This document shows positions 48,295-60,177 of a DNA stretch of 64,000 bases, piece after piece. The translations under genes and the position numbers were made by a program. Source of the DNA: Nitrospirales bacterium (GTDB lineage Bacteria > Nitrospirota > Nitrospiria > Nitrospirales > UBA8639). How positions within the stretch are numbered: position 1 is the first letter of the stretch; each line of letters starts with the position of its first letter. Location of the stretch: the NCBI GenBank assembly GCA_965203295.1, contig CBDBCZ010000015.1:512001-576000 (forward strand), given 5' to 3'. The notes beneath the pieces were generated by a model. It was not told the DNA's origin. It saw only the letters and a program-made list of their open reading frames with translations, and made no database searches.

Positions 48295-48830
48295 TTGGAG
48301 AAGTGGAATAATTCATGACTATGTCACTATTCTGCCTCATAATCTCCGTCAGCCCCTCATGAGTGTCACTGCTAACAGCCACTCCTCATTGGAAGCATTC
48401 TTCCTCTAGCTTCTTCGTCAACCTCTCACACTGCTTGCTCGCTAGACAATGCCCACGGTGGACATTCTGAAGCTAATTGTGGCATTGATAGGTAGCGATG
48501 GTTCACACTGCTTTAAGGCTGCTTGAGCTCTGAGTACACTGATGCTGGACTAAGAGGGTAGCACGATGGCAAACGCACTGTTGACACCTCACACCTGTGC
48601 CATCTGCAGACAAGTTGATTTGGCACTCCTTGTGTCTGACAGTTGAAGTGTGATACATGTGTGTGCCTCGAGGATAGAAACATCCTGACCTGCATAAATG
48701 CAAGAATAGAACTTTAATACCATAAAAACAATATCTTGTAGAGTGGAGGTATGATGCCGCACCACATTAGAAACTTTTCCTCGCCATTTCCCATGCAGAA
48801 ACAACACTACTCAAGAGACTCTAGCAAGTG
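48295..48830 (-). mobile_element. P-element-like transposase N-terminal remnant
   Basis: CMGNGEEKF; STVRHKEC..RCQQC..R.TL; DTHEGLTEIM. Confidence 0.6.
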
Positions 48831-48949
48831 TACAAGGTCGTAGAAAGTAGAGATGGATGGGGAAAAAGATGAAAGAAACTCGTTATTGCTTAGATCAATG
48901 TGGTTGCTGAACAATATCACACACCACCCGAAATGACGGTCAACCGTAA

Positions 48950-51900
48950 CCGTACCCGACAGCATCCTACGGTAACATACTGCGACCTACTTCACATTAC
49001 TGAACTCCACTGTTCTCTACTGCGCCATTCTACTAGTTACTGCACTCTCCACTGCACTATACTGCATTCTAATGCACCCTACTGCAACATATTGTACTGT
49101 ACTACCCCCTCCTATGCCATACCACACCCTACAGCTCTGTACAATATCCTACGGAAACCTACAGTACACAACTAAACAGTATTGCACTCAACGGCTCTCT
49201 ACTACATTCTGCTGTAATTTACTGTGCTCTCAACGGGACTTTATTGACTCTAATCCTCCCTCCTGCACCACACACCACCCTCCTGCGCCTTAGAGCACTC
49301 TACGGTACCCTACGAGACCCTATTGCAACCTACATCACCCTATAGAACTCTACTGCACTGTACCGCTCTCTACTGCACTCTACTGCAATTTACTGCACTC
49401 TCCACTGCCCTCTATTGCACTCTACTGCACACTATTGCAACCTACTGCACACTACTGAACTCTATAGTGAACTCTACTGAACACTAGTGAACTCTACGGC
49501 TCACTACTGAGCTCTACTGCAATTTACTGCACTCTCCACTGCGCTCTACTGCACTCTACTACCGAACTCTACTCACCCGTACTGCTTCCTACTGCACTCT
49601 TCTGCAATTTTCTGTGCTCTCCATTGTAGTTTAGTGCAATCTAATGCACCCTACTGAGACCTACTGCACCTTACTGCTCCCTCATACACTTTACAGCAAA
49701 CTATACCCCCTAAGGCACCCAACTGTTGTAACCTATTGCGTTCTACTGTACTCTAGTAAACTCTATTTCACCCTAATGCACTTTTGTGCAGTCTAATGCG
49801 CTCTCAATTGCAGATTACGGCATTTTAATGTAATCAAATGCAACCTACAGCACTATACTGCACCATACTGCACCTCCTACACTCAACAGCACCCTACGAC
49901 ACACTATGGTATCCTTCTGAAATCTACTGCTCCTTAATGAATTTTAAAGCTCCCTGCCACTCTACTCCCATTTACTGTACACTCCACTGCGCTCTACTGC
50001 AAGCTACTGCACCGCACTGCTCCCTCCTACACTGTACAGCCCTTTAATGGTGCCCTACTGCAATCTATCGCACCCTGCTGAACTCTACTGCACTGTACTG
50101 CTCCCTACTACACCCTGCAGCAGTTTGGTGCACTTTCCACTGCACTTTACTGCACTCTAATGCGCCCTACTGCAACCTACTGTACCATACTACAACCCTT
50201 AATATTCTACAACACCCTGCGGCACCCTACAAGATCCTACGGCAACCTACAGTAACTATTCTACTATACTGCACTCTACTGCTTTCTACTGCACTCTACT
50301 GCAATTTACAGCACTCTCCACTACACTCCACTGCACTCTACTGCGCCCTATTGCAACCTACCACACTACACTACACTTTCGACACCCTACAGCACCCTCC
50401 TACAACCAACTGCTCCCTACTGAACTCTACTCACCTGTACTGCTCCCTACTGCACTCTTCTGCAATTTATTCTACATTCCACTGCAGTTTAGTGCAATCT
50501 AATGCCACCTACTGCGTCCTACTGCTCCCGCCTACACCTTACAGTATGCTATGGCCCCCTATGGCACCCAACTATAACCTACTGCATTCTATATCACTCT
50601 ACTAAACTGTACTTCACCCTACTGCACTTTTCGGCAGTCTACTGCACTCTCAGTAGCAGTTTACGGCACTCTAATGCGCTCTACTGTAACCTACTGCATC
50701 GTACTCAAACTTCCTACACCCAACAGTACCCTACAACACCCAACGGCAACCCACTGCAACCTACTGCTCCCTACTGAACTCGAATTAACTGTATTGCTCT
50801 GTACTGCTCCCTACTACACTCTTTTACATTTTACGGTGCTCTCCACTGTACTTTACTATAAGGCACGGTACTGCAACTTCTTGTATTGTACTGCACCCTT
50901 CTACACCCTACAGCCCCCTAATGGCCCCCTACTGCAACTTTCAGCTAAACTCTGCTGCACTCTACAGCTCCCTACTGCACTCTGCAGCAATATGTTGCGC
51001 TCTCCACTGCACTATACTGCACTCTAATGCGCTTTACTGCAACGCACTGTACCATATTGCAACCTCTTAGTAACCCTCTACAGCATCCTACGGCAACCCT
51101 ACGGGATCCTACTGCATCCTACAGCACTCTATTGTATTTTATTGTACTCTGCCATTTCCTACTGCACTCTTACACTCTACAGTACTGTACAGCACACCCA
51201 TGAGACCCTACTGTAACAAACTGTACTGTACCGCTCTCTACTGCACTCTTCTGCTATTTACTGCTTTCTCCACTGCCCTCTTTAGCACTCATCTGCGCCC
51301 TACTGCAACCTTCTCTGCCATACTGCACCCTCTTACATCTTACTGTACCCGACGACACCCTACGGTAACATACTGCGACCTACTTCACATTACAGTTTAC
51401 GGCACTCTAAAGCACTCAAATACAACCTACTGCACCGTACTGTGCCCTCCCATACCCAACAGCACCCTATGGCTCCCTTTGGCACCTTACTGCAACCTAC
51501 TGCTCCCTACTGATCTCTAATGAGCTATACTGCTCCCACCTGTACTCTTGTGCAACTTACTGCACTCTCAACTGCACTTCACTACACTCTAATGCGCCCT
51601 ACCGCAACCTGCTGTACCGTACTGCAACCTTTTACATTCTACAGCACCCTTAGGCATGCTACAGGGATCCTCCTGCCACCTACAGCCCCTATTGTACTTT
51701 ACTGCACTCTACCACTCCCTACTACACTCTACTGCAATTTTCTGTACTTTCCACTGCCCTGTTTTTCCCTCCTGTGTGCCCTACAGCAACCTAATGTACC
51801 ATACTGCTCCGTCTTACACCCTACAGTATCCAACGGCACCTTACGGTGCCCTACTCCAACTTACTGTACCCTGCTAAACTGTACTGAACTCTACCGTTCT

Positions 51901-54900
51901 CTACTGCCCTCTCAGTCTGCAAGTAACTCCTCTCTCCACTGCAGTATACTGCACTCTAATGCACACTACTGAAAATTACTACACCGTATCACACCCTCCC
52001 GCACAATACAGCACCCTACAGCTTCCTATACAAGACCCCGCTGCAACCTACAGCACCTATCTGAACTCTACAGCACTCCATAGCTTCCAACTGCACTCTG
52101 ATGCAATATATTACACTCTCCACAGAACTTTACTGCACTCTAATGCACCCTACTGCAACCTACAGCACAATATTGTTTTTTCCTTGACTCTATCGCTTTC
52201 TACTGCTCTCTACTTCATAGTACTGCATCCTCTTACACTCTACAGCCCTCTACAGCACACTATGAAACCCTATGGCAACCAACTGTACTCTACTGCTCTC
52301 TACTGCACTCTTCTTCAATTTACTTCTCTCTCCACTGCCCTTTTTTGCACTCTTCTGCGCCCTACTGCTACCTACTGCACCATACTGCATCTTCTTCTTA
52401 CTGCAACCTACTGTTCCCTACTGATCTCTAATGAGCTGTACTGCTCCCACCTGCACTCTTCTGCAACTTACTGCACTCTCCACTGCACTTTACTACACTC
52501 TAATGCGCTCTACCGCAACCTGCTGTACCGTACTGTAACCCTTTACACTCTGCAGCACCCTTCGGCATGCTACGGGATCCTACTGCGACATTCAGCACCC
52601 TATTGTACTCTACTGCGATCTACCGCTCCCTACTACACTCTACTGCAATTTTCTGCACTTTCCACTGCCCTTTTTCCCTCTTGTGCGCCCTACAGCAACC
52701 TACTGCACCATACTGCTCCTTCGTACACCCTACAGTATCCAACGGCACCTTGCGGTGCCCTACTGCAACCTACTCTACCCTGCTAAACTGTACTGAACTC
52801 TACCGTTCTCTACTGCCCTGTCAGTCTGCAAGTAACTCCTCTCTCCATTGCAGTATACTGCACTCTAATGCACACTACTGCAACTTACTGCACCGTATCA
52901 CACCCTCCCGCACAATACAGCACCCTACAGCTTCCTATACAAGACCCCGCTGCAACCTACAGCACCTATCTGAACTCTACAGCACTCCATAGCTTCCAAC
53001 TGCACTCTGATGCAATATATTACTCTCCACAGAACTTTACTGCACTCTAATGCACCCTACTGCAACCTACAGCACAATATTGTTTTTTCCTTGACTCTAT
53101 CGCTTTCTACTGCTCTCTACTTCATAGTACTGCATCCTCTTACACTCTACAGCCCTCTACAGCACACTATGAAACCCTATGGCAACCAACTGTACTCTAC
53201 TGCTCTCAACTGCACTCTTCTTCAATTTACTTCTCTCTCCACTGCCCTTTTTTGCACTCTTCTGCGCCCTACTGCTACCTACTGCACCATACTGCATCTT
53301 CTTCTTACTGCAACCTACTGTTCCCTACTGATCTCTAATGAGCTGTACTGCTCCCACCTGCACTCTTCTGCAACTTACTGCACTCTCCACTGCACTTTAC
53401 TACACTCTAATGCGCTCTACCGCAACCTGCTGTACCGTACTGCAACCCTTTACACTCTGCAGCACCCTTCGGCATGCTACGGGATCCTACTGTGACATTC
53501 AGCACCCTATTGTACTCTACTGCGATCTACCGCTCCCTACTACACTCTACTGCAATTTTCTGCACTTTCCACTGCCCTTTTTCCCTCTTGTGCGCCCTAC
53601 AGCAACCTACTGCACCATACTGCTCCTTCGTACACCCTACAGTATCCAACGGCACCTTGCGGTGCCCTACTGCAACCTACTCTACCCTGCTAAACTGTAC
53701 TGAACTCTACCGTTCTCTACTGCCCTGTCAGTCTGCAAGTAACTCCTCTCTCCATTGCAGTATACTGCACTCTAATGCACACTACTGCAACTTACTGCAC
53801 CGTATCACACCCTCCCGCACAATACAGCACCTTACAGCTTCCTATACAAGACCCCGCTGCAACCTACAGCACCTATCTGAACTCTACAGCACTCCATAGC
53901 TTTCAACTGCACTCTGATGCAATATATTACACTCTCCACAGAACTTTACTGCACTCTAATGCACCCTACTGCAACCTACAGCACAATATTGTTTTTTCCT
54001 TGACTCTATCGCTTTCTACTGCTCTCTACTTCATAGTACTGCATCCTCTTACACTCTACAGCCCTCTACAGCACACTATGAAACCCTATGGCAACCAACT
54101 GTACTCTACTGCTCTCTACTGCACTCTTCTTCAATTTACTTCTCTCTCCACTGCCCTTTTTTGCACTCTTCTGCGCCCTACTGCTACCTACTGCACCATA
54201 CTGCATCTTCTTCTTACTGCAACCTACTGTTCCCTACTGATCTCTAATGAGCTGTACTGCTCCCACCTGCACTCTTCTGCAACTTACTGCACTCTCCACT
54301 GCACTTTACTACACTCTAATGCGCTCTACCGCAACCTGCTGTACCGTACTGCAACCCTTTACACTCTGCAGCACCCTTCGGCATGCTACGGGATCCTACT
54401 GCAACATTCAGCACCCTATTGTACTCTACTGCGATCTACCGCTCCCTACTACACTCTACTGCAATTTTCTGCACTTTCCACTGCCCTTTTTCCCTCTTGT
54501 GCGCCCTACAGCAACCTACTGCACCATACTGCTTCTTCGTACACCCTACAGTATCCAACGGCACCTTGCGGTGCCCTACTGCAACCTACTCTACCCTGCT
54601 AAACTGTACTGAACTCTACCGTTCTCTACTGCCCTGTCAGTCTGCAAGTAACTCCTCTCTCCATTGCAGTATACTGCACTCTAATGCACACTACTGCAAC
54701 TTACTGCACCGTATCACACCCTTCCGCACAATACAGCACCCTACAGCTTCCTATACAAGACCCCGCTGCAACCTACAGCACCTATCTGAACTCTACAGCA
54801 CTCCATAGCTTCCAACTGCACTCTGATGCAATATATTATACTCTCCACGGCACTCTAATGCGCCCTACTGCAACCTACTGTAACATATTGCACCTTTTTA

Positions 54901-55545
54901 CACTCTACAGTACCTTACGGCATCCTACGGGATCCTACTGCAACTTACAGCCCAATATTGTATTTTACTTGACTCTAACGCTTTCTACTGCTCTCTACTT
55001 CATTGTACTGCATCCTCTTACACTCTACAGCCCTCTACAGCACACTACGATACCCAATGGCAACCAACTGTACTCTACTGCTCTCTACTGCACTCTTCTG
55101 CAATTTACTTCTCTCCACTGCCCTTTTTTGTACTCTTCTGCGCCCTACTGCAACGTACTGCACCATACTGCACCTTCTTCCACCTTACAGTACCCGATGG
55201 CACCCTATGGTACCCTACTGCAAACTAGTTCACATTACTGTACTCTAATGTTCTCTACATTCCTCTTCTGCAAGTTACTGAACTCTTCACTGAAATATAC
55301 TGCACTCCAATGCACCCTTCTGCAACTTACTGCATAGTATTGCACCCTCCTGTGCCATACAGCACACTATGGCTCCATACAATACCCTACTGCAACCTAC
55401 AGCACCTAACTAAACTTTATTGCCCTCAACGGCTCCCTACTTCATTCTGCTGTAATCTACTACACTCTCAACGGCACTTTATTGCACTCTAATCCTCCCT
55501 TTGCAACCTACTGCATCGTACACCACCCTTCTACACCCTATAGCG
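48950..55545 (+). repeat. C-rich CTACTGCACT-derived satellite with ~908-bp higher-order repeat (~51.5-54.85 kb)
   Basis: 10-bp motif throughout; identical landmarks at 51959, 52868, 53775 and 54684. Confidence 0.95.
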
Positions 55546-55546
55546 C

Positions 55547-56785
55547 TTAGACCGTGTTTCTTGAATGTATTAGTGTTTATCTGTTGGTTAGCCTTGAGTT
55601 TTTGAGTTCAATCAATGTTTCGTAACTGTATTAGAATCTATTTGCTAATAAGTCTTGAGATATATAGTATTTAGACTATGTTACACAACTGTATTAATGT
55701 CTGTCTGTTTGTTAGTTTATAGGTTTAGTTTTTCAGCTGTGTTTCGCGACTATATTTGTGTCTGTCTCTTAGTCAGCCTTGAGTTATAGTGTTTAGGCCA
55801 TGTTTCTCCACTGTATTGGCATGTGTCAGTTAGTCTTGAGTTTTAGTGTTTAAATAGTGTTTCTTGATTTTATTAGAGTCTGCCTGTTAGTAAGTCTTGA
55901 GTTTTAGTAGTGTTTTATGACTGTATTAATGCCTGTCTGTTCGTTACTCTAATGGCTTACTATTATAGGTGGTGTTTCTCGGCTGCATTAGTGTCTCACT
56001 TTTAGCTAGTCTGGAGTTTAAATATTTAGGTCATGTTTTTCGACTGTATTAGTGAGTGTCTGTTAGTGTTGAATTTTAGGGTTTAGTTCCCGTTTTTCGA
56101 CTGTATTAGTGTCTGGAAGTTAGTATTGAGGCCGAATTTTATAACTGCGTTAGTGTCTGTCAGTATTGAGTTTTAGCATTTAGGCGGTGTTTCTCAACTG
56201 TGTTAGTGTCTGTCTGTTATTTAGTCTTGAATTTTAGTTTCTGAGCTGTGTTTCTTGTGTATATTAGTATTTGTCAATTAGTAAGTTAGTTTTTATGCTG
56301 TTTCTGTACTGCACTAGTGTCTGCCTGTTGCTTAGTGGAGAGTTTCAGCTTTTAGAATGTATTTCTCGACTGTATTTGTTTCTTACATGCAGTTAGCTAG
56401 TCTTGTGTTTTAGAGTTTAAGTCGTGTTTCTCAACTGTATTAGACTGTCCGTTAGTACCTTTTGAGTTTTAGTACTTGAGTCGTGTTTCATGACTATTAG
56501 TGTCTATTAGTTAGTCTACAGGTTTAGTATTTAGGCCGCGTGTCTGGACTGTATTTGTGTGTCTGTTAGTTTGTTTTTACTTTTAGTTACTTAGACCGTG
56601 TTTTTCGACTGTATTAGTGTTTATCTGTTAGTTAGGCTTGAGTTTTTGTCTTTAAGCAACGTTTCTTAACTGTATTAGAATCTGTTTGCTAGTAACTTTA
56701 CTTAGGCTATGATTCACGACTGTATTAGTGTCTGTTAGTTTAAAAGTTTATGGTTTAAGCCATGTTTCTCGACTGTATTAGTAGT
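55547..56785 (+). repeat. T-rich ~60-bp tandem satellite (~20 diverged units)
   Basis: Recurring GTGTTTCTCGACTGTATTAGTGTCTG..AGTCTTGAGTTTTAG; TTAGACCGTG block recurs at 55547 and 56591. Confidence 0.92.
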
Positions 56786-57190
56786 TTACAGTAAGGCACA
56801 GAAGATGGCAGTGGAGAGAGATGTAAATTGCAGAAGAGTGCAGTAGAGAGCAGTAGAGTACAGTTGGTTGCAATAGGGTCTCGTAGTGTGCTGTAGAGTG
56901 TAAGAGGGAGCAGTACGATAAAGTAGAGTGCAGTAGAAAGCGTTAGAGTCAAGTAAAATGCAATAATGTGCTGTAGCTTGCAGTAGGATCTCGTAGGGTG
57001 CCGTAGGGGGCTGTAGAGTGTAAAAGGTTGCAGTATGTTACAATAGGTCGCAGTAGGGCGCATTAGAGTGCAGTAAAGTGCTGTGGAGAATGCAATAAAT
57101 TGCATCAAAGTGCTAGTTAGGTGTTGTAGGTTGCAGCGGGATCCCATAGCAAAATGTACGGTGCTGCATTGTGCAGGAGGGTGCGGTGCA
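56786..57190 (-). repeat. Inverted block of the CTACTGCACT satellite
   Basis: ORF 56755(-) peptide matches ORF 54684(+) (LTLSTALYFIVL.PLTLYS). Confidence 0.9.
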
Positions 57191-59249
57191 AATTATGGGC
57201 GGTTATGTTTACATAGAAGGTTTTACACACCAGTAAACTGTTGTTGCAGCAAAATTGATTTTGTAGAAAATTGATCGGTTATACTAGAGGGGCGGTTACC
57301 TTTAAGGGGGCGGTTATTTATCAGATTTTACAGTATAGTATGGATATGCACGTACCTCTTTACAGCAAGTAAATGTATGCAACTCCCTTCCATCTCCCCA
57401 ACTGGTTCTTTGTGCTATTCTTAGGCCTATGCAAGAGCAACCATCATTTATGTGTGTTAAGTCCTCGAAATTGCAGGCGTTCAGATATTGGTCAACCAAA
57501 GTAAAGGGGCCAAAGAGGTCAATTGGAGGTGCTGAAGTGACCTCTGCACGACACATTCATTGATCACGGCACTTTCCCATCTCTTCTCATTATCAAAACA
57601 TGTTTGGTCACTAGCAATACATAATTGTAGGTGTGTACTACACCACCAAATCAGAAATTGTGGCAAACTCAAGGGGGAGAGAACTCAAGGGGGAGAGGAC
57701 ACTCCCACGGACTCAGTCTGTAGTCACAACCACTCAAAGCTATGACCAACTCTTTCCTGTGGTTTGACTGCTCAACAATTTTGGCCTCAACCATATGAGG
57801 GAATTTCCCTAAAGCTTGCCAAAACTGAAGACTAGATTCATTCTTCAATGTGACCTGATGCAGACAACCTTTTCTAAATGTGCCTTGACTGTTCAAGACT
57901 AATTAACTCATTGAGCATGATAGGCGTAGTTATACCTCTATACAAATTACTTCTGCGTACCATGACAGATTTACGCCTAGTGACAACTTCCATGCAAATA
58001 CATGTGGCAAGGGGTTAGACTCTGCCCATATAAATGTAGCTGCGGCAGCAACAGGAAGGGGGAGAACCCAATACACTTTAGCAATCATTCTGAAGCTCCA
58101 CCTTTTGAGCTTAACTTGTATCGAGACTTCTACATGTATATTGCTGTATATACGGCAGGGTTGGCAAGCCTTTCAGCACTTGGAACGGGGGTTTGGACGG
58201 CCCAAAGTGGGTTCTGGCTGTAAGCCTAGTACCTATCAACCAAGTGACTCACCAGCTAGAGGGCAGACAGAGAAAGGACACAAAAATAGACACTACCAAG
58301 GTTAAGCCTTCAAAGTAGCCTTGCCTTTAAAATAAGACTTGTACCATTTTTATCCACTAGGGTTCTTGCTTACAGCGGATCGCCCAAAAGCCACGGAGTG
58401 TAGAGTACTACGTATTTTGGGTTTGTAATGTAGTAAAATGTAATGTACCTGTAATATTTGATCACATTACATCACATAGTCATACCCATCTTCAGGGGGC
58501 CTTCTGTAGAATGGTGTGGTAGGTTGAGTGGAGTAGTTTATACTGCAGAAGTAGTCTTGTGCCCAGCTTCACCTCAGAAAGGTGGGTCTGGCGCCCTGTA
58601 TATTCAAAGTCGGGCAGTATTACATCAGCGATCCCACTTCTCAACCGGCAATGCGATTGGTTGATTATGGTATTACCACCAAACGGTATCACACTTGCAG
58701 TAGGCGCTACGTGGATACTGTAATTGTGACATCTGTTTGGGTGATGTGCATGTCCTTAATACAGAGGTGTCCTTTAAGAGGGGTTCCAATGTATACTGCT
58801 TCCGTATTACTCCTTACCACGTGGTTGAGATAATTCACGGATACATTTGCTGTATTCCTGCACAGTGTATCAGGCTCTACTTTCCTCCCCCACAAGAACC
58901 TAGTCACAAGGCTACCCCCAAGGTAGCCGTTTTACTGATTTCAACAACCTAAAGCATTACAAAACTTCAAGCTCGTGCATCTAGTCAAAAATCAATGACC
59001 AAGTTTTGCGTGGCGTGGAAGTCATAAACAATAATGATTTAGACTGATCTATGGGAGTGCCCCCAGGCCTAAACACCGAATTTAGCACACACACCGATCA
59101 CGAAATCAAACAGCTAGTTAGACAGTCCCTTAGTTGATAACAGTCAATACAATGGACATGTCCCATGAAAATATTACTAAGCATCATGTATCAGTTATTA
59201 GATTGAAATACATTATTAGACACCAAAAACACTGGATATGTAGCTTATA

Positions 59250-59493
59250 AGTAGTAGTAAGTGGGAATAGCTAGCCTCGTTCCCAGGATTCCACACAGCT
59301 TTTGTAGCTTGCTTATTTCGGGGAGAGCCTGGGAACGAGGCTCGGGGATAGCTAGAATGTCAATTTCTTAAACCTTTCATACCATCGGTGTTTCTGAATT
59401 TTGATAGCTACACAAAAAGTATAAAACAGCAAGGGTTCATTTGGGGAAGGTGCATGTGAAACATTCCCGCTCTCCCCCGCCGCTAGAATAACT
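59250..59493 (+). mobile_element. Second copy of the 245-bp MITE with nested TAG-MITE
   Basis: Matches 45908-46151. Confidence 0.8.
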
Positions 59494-60177
59494 TACAGTG
59501 CTCGTGGTGCCCGACATCGCCTGCCTTACATGTTCTCTTGGTATTGCGCATCATAACAAGCTTGCTATTTATATAGTACATAGCCTATAATGACTACCGT
59601 AAAATAGCCCATAATGACTGCTTCACTGACCATAGTCCGTGTTAGTCTCGCGAGCCAGCCTACTTTGATCCTCAGCCCCGATCGCATACTAATTATAGCG
59701 ATCGGCGACACATTTTCAGAAGCCAAGTTTGGAATAAGACGCTCCGGAAGATGACGCCATCGAGAGGCGGGGCTCGATTTGCAGCGAAGCGCTTAATTTG
59801 CATAGTTTTCTGTGTGTTTCGTGGCCCTGAAGAACGCTAACACAGCTAGTCGAAGCGTTGGCAAGAAAAAGTTTTTAGTTTGTCAAAGGTTGGAGAAGTG
59901 TGATAATTCGTAATTCATGGATAGCCAAACAAGAAACCTTCTATCGGTGACATAGTCCTTCCTCCTTTCAGGAGCTATTTTGGCAACAGCAAAAGACAGC
60001 AGCATCGAGGGGTGATTCCCAGGGCGTGCGCTGGCACCTTCTCGTGTTTAGAAGATGCTTGTACATCCATCATTGTTCCAGCTTGACGTAAAGGTATTTT
60101 AATGATACAGTTGGCATTATTGTCTTTTCTTATTGTTATCTGGCCATATAGGGCTCAGAGGGGCTCAAATAGATTTA

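Noticed and set aside
48900..55492. Many long plus-strand ORFs (up to 275 aa) rich in L/Y/C/T/H
   Set aside because: They overlap in all frames, arise from a stop-poor satellite, and unit indels (907 vs 909 bp) break the frame
55547..56785. CRISPR-like array
   Set aside because: Contiguous diverged tandem units with no unique spacers, no cas genes, eukaryotic context
57320..57900. Coding-like minus-strand segment
   Set aside because: Fragmented with no assignable motif
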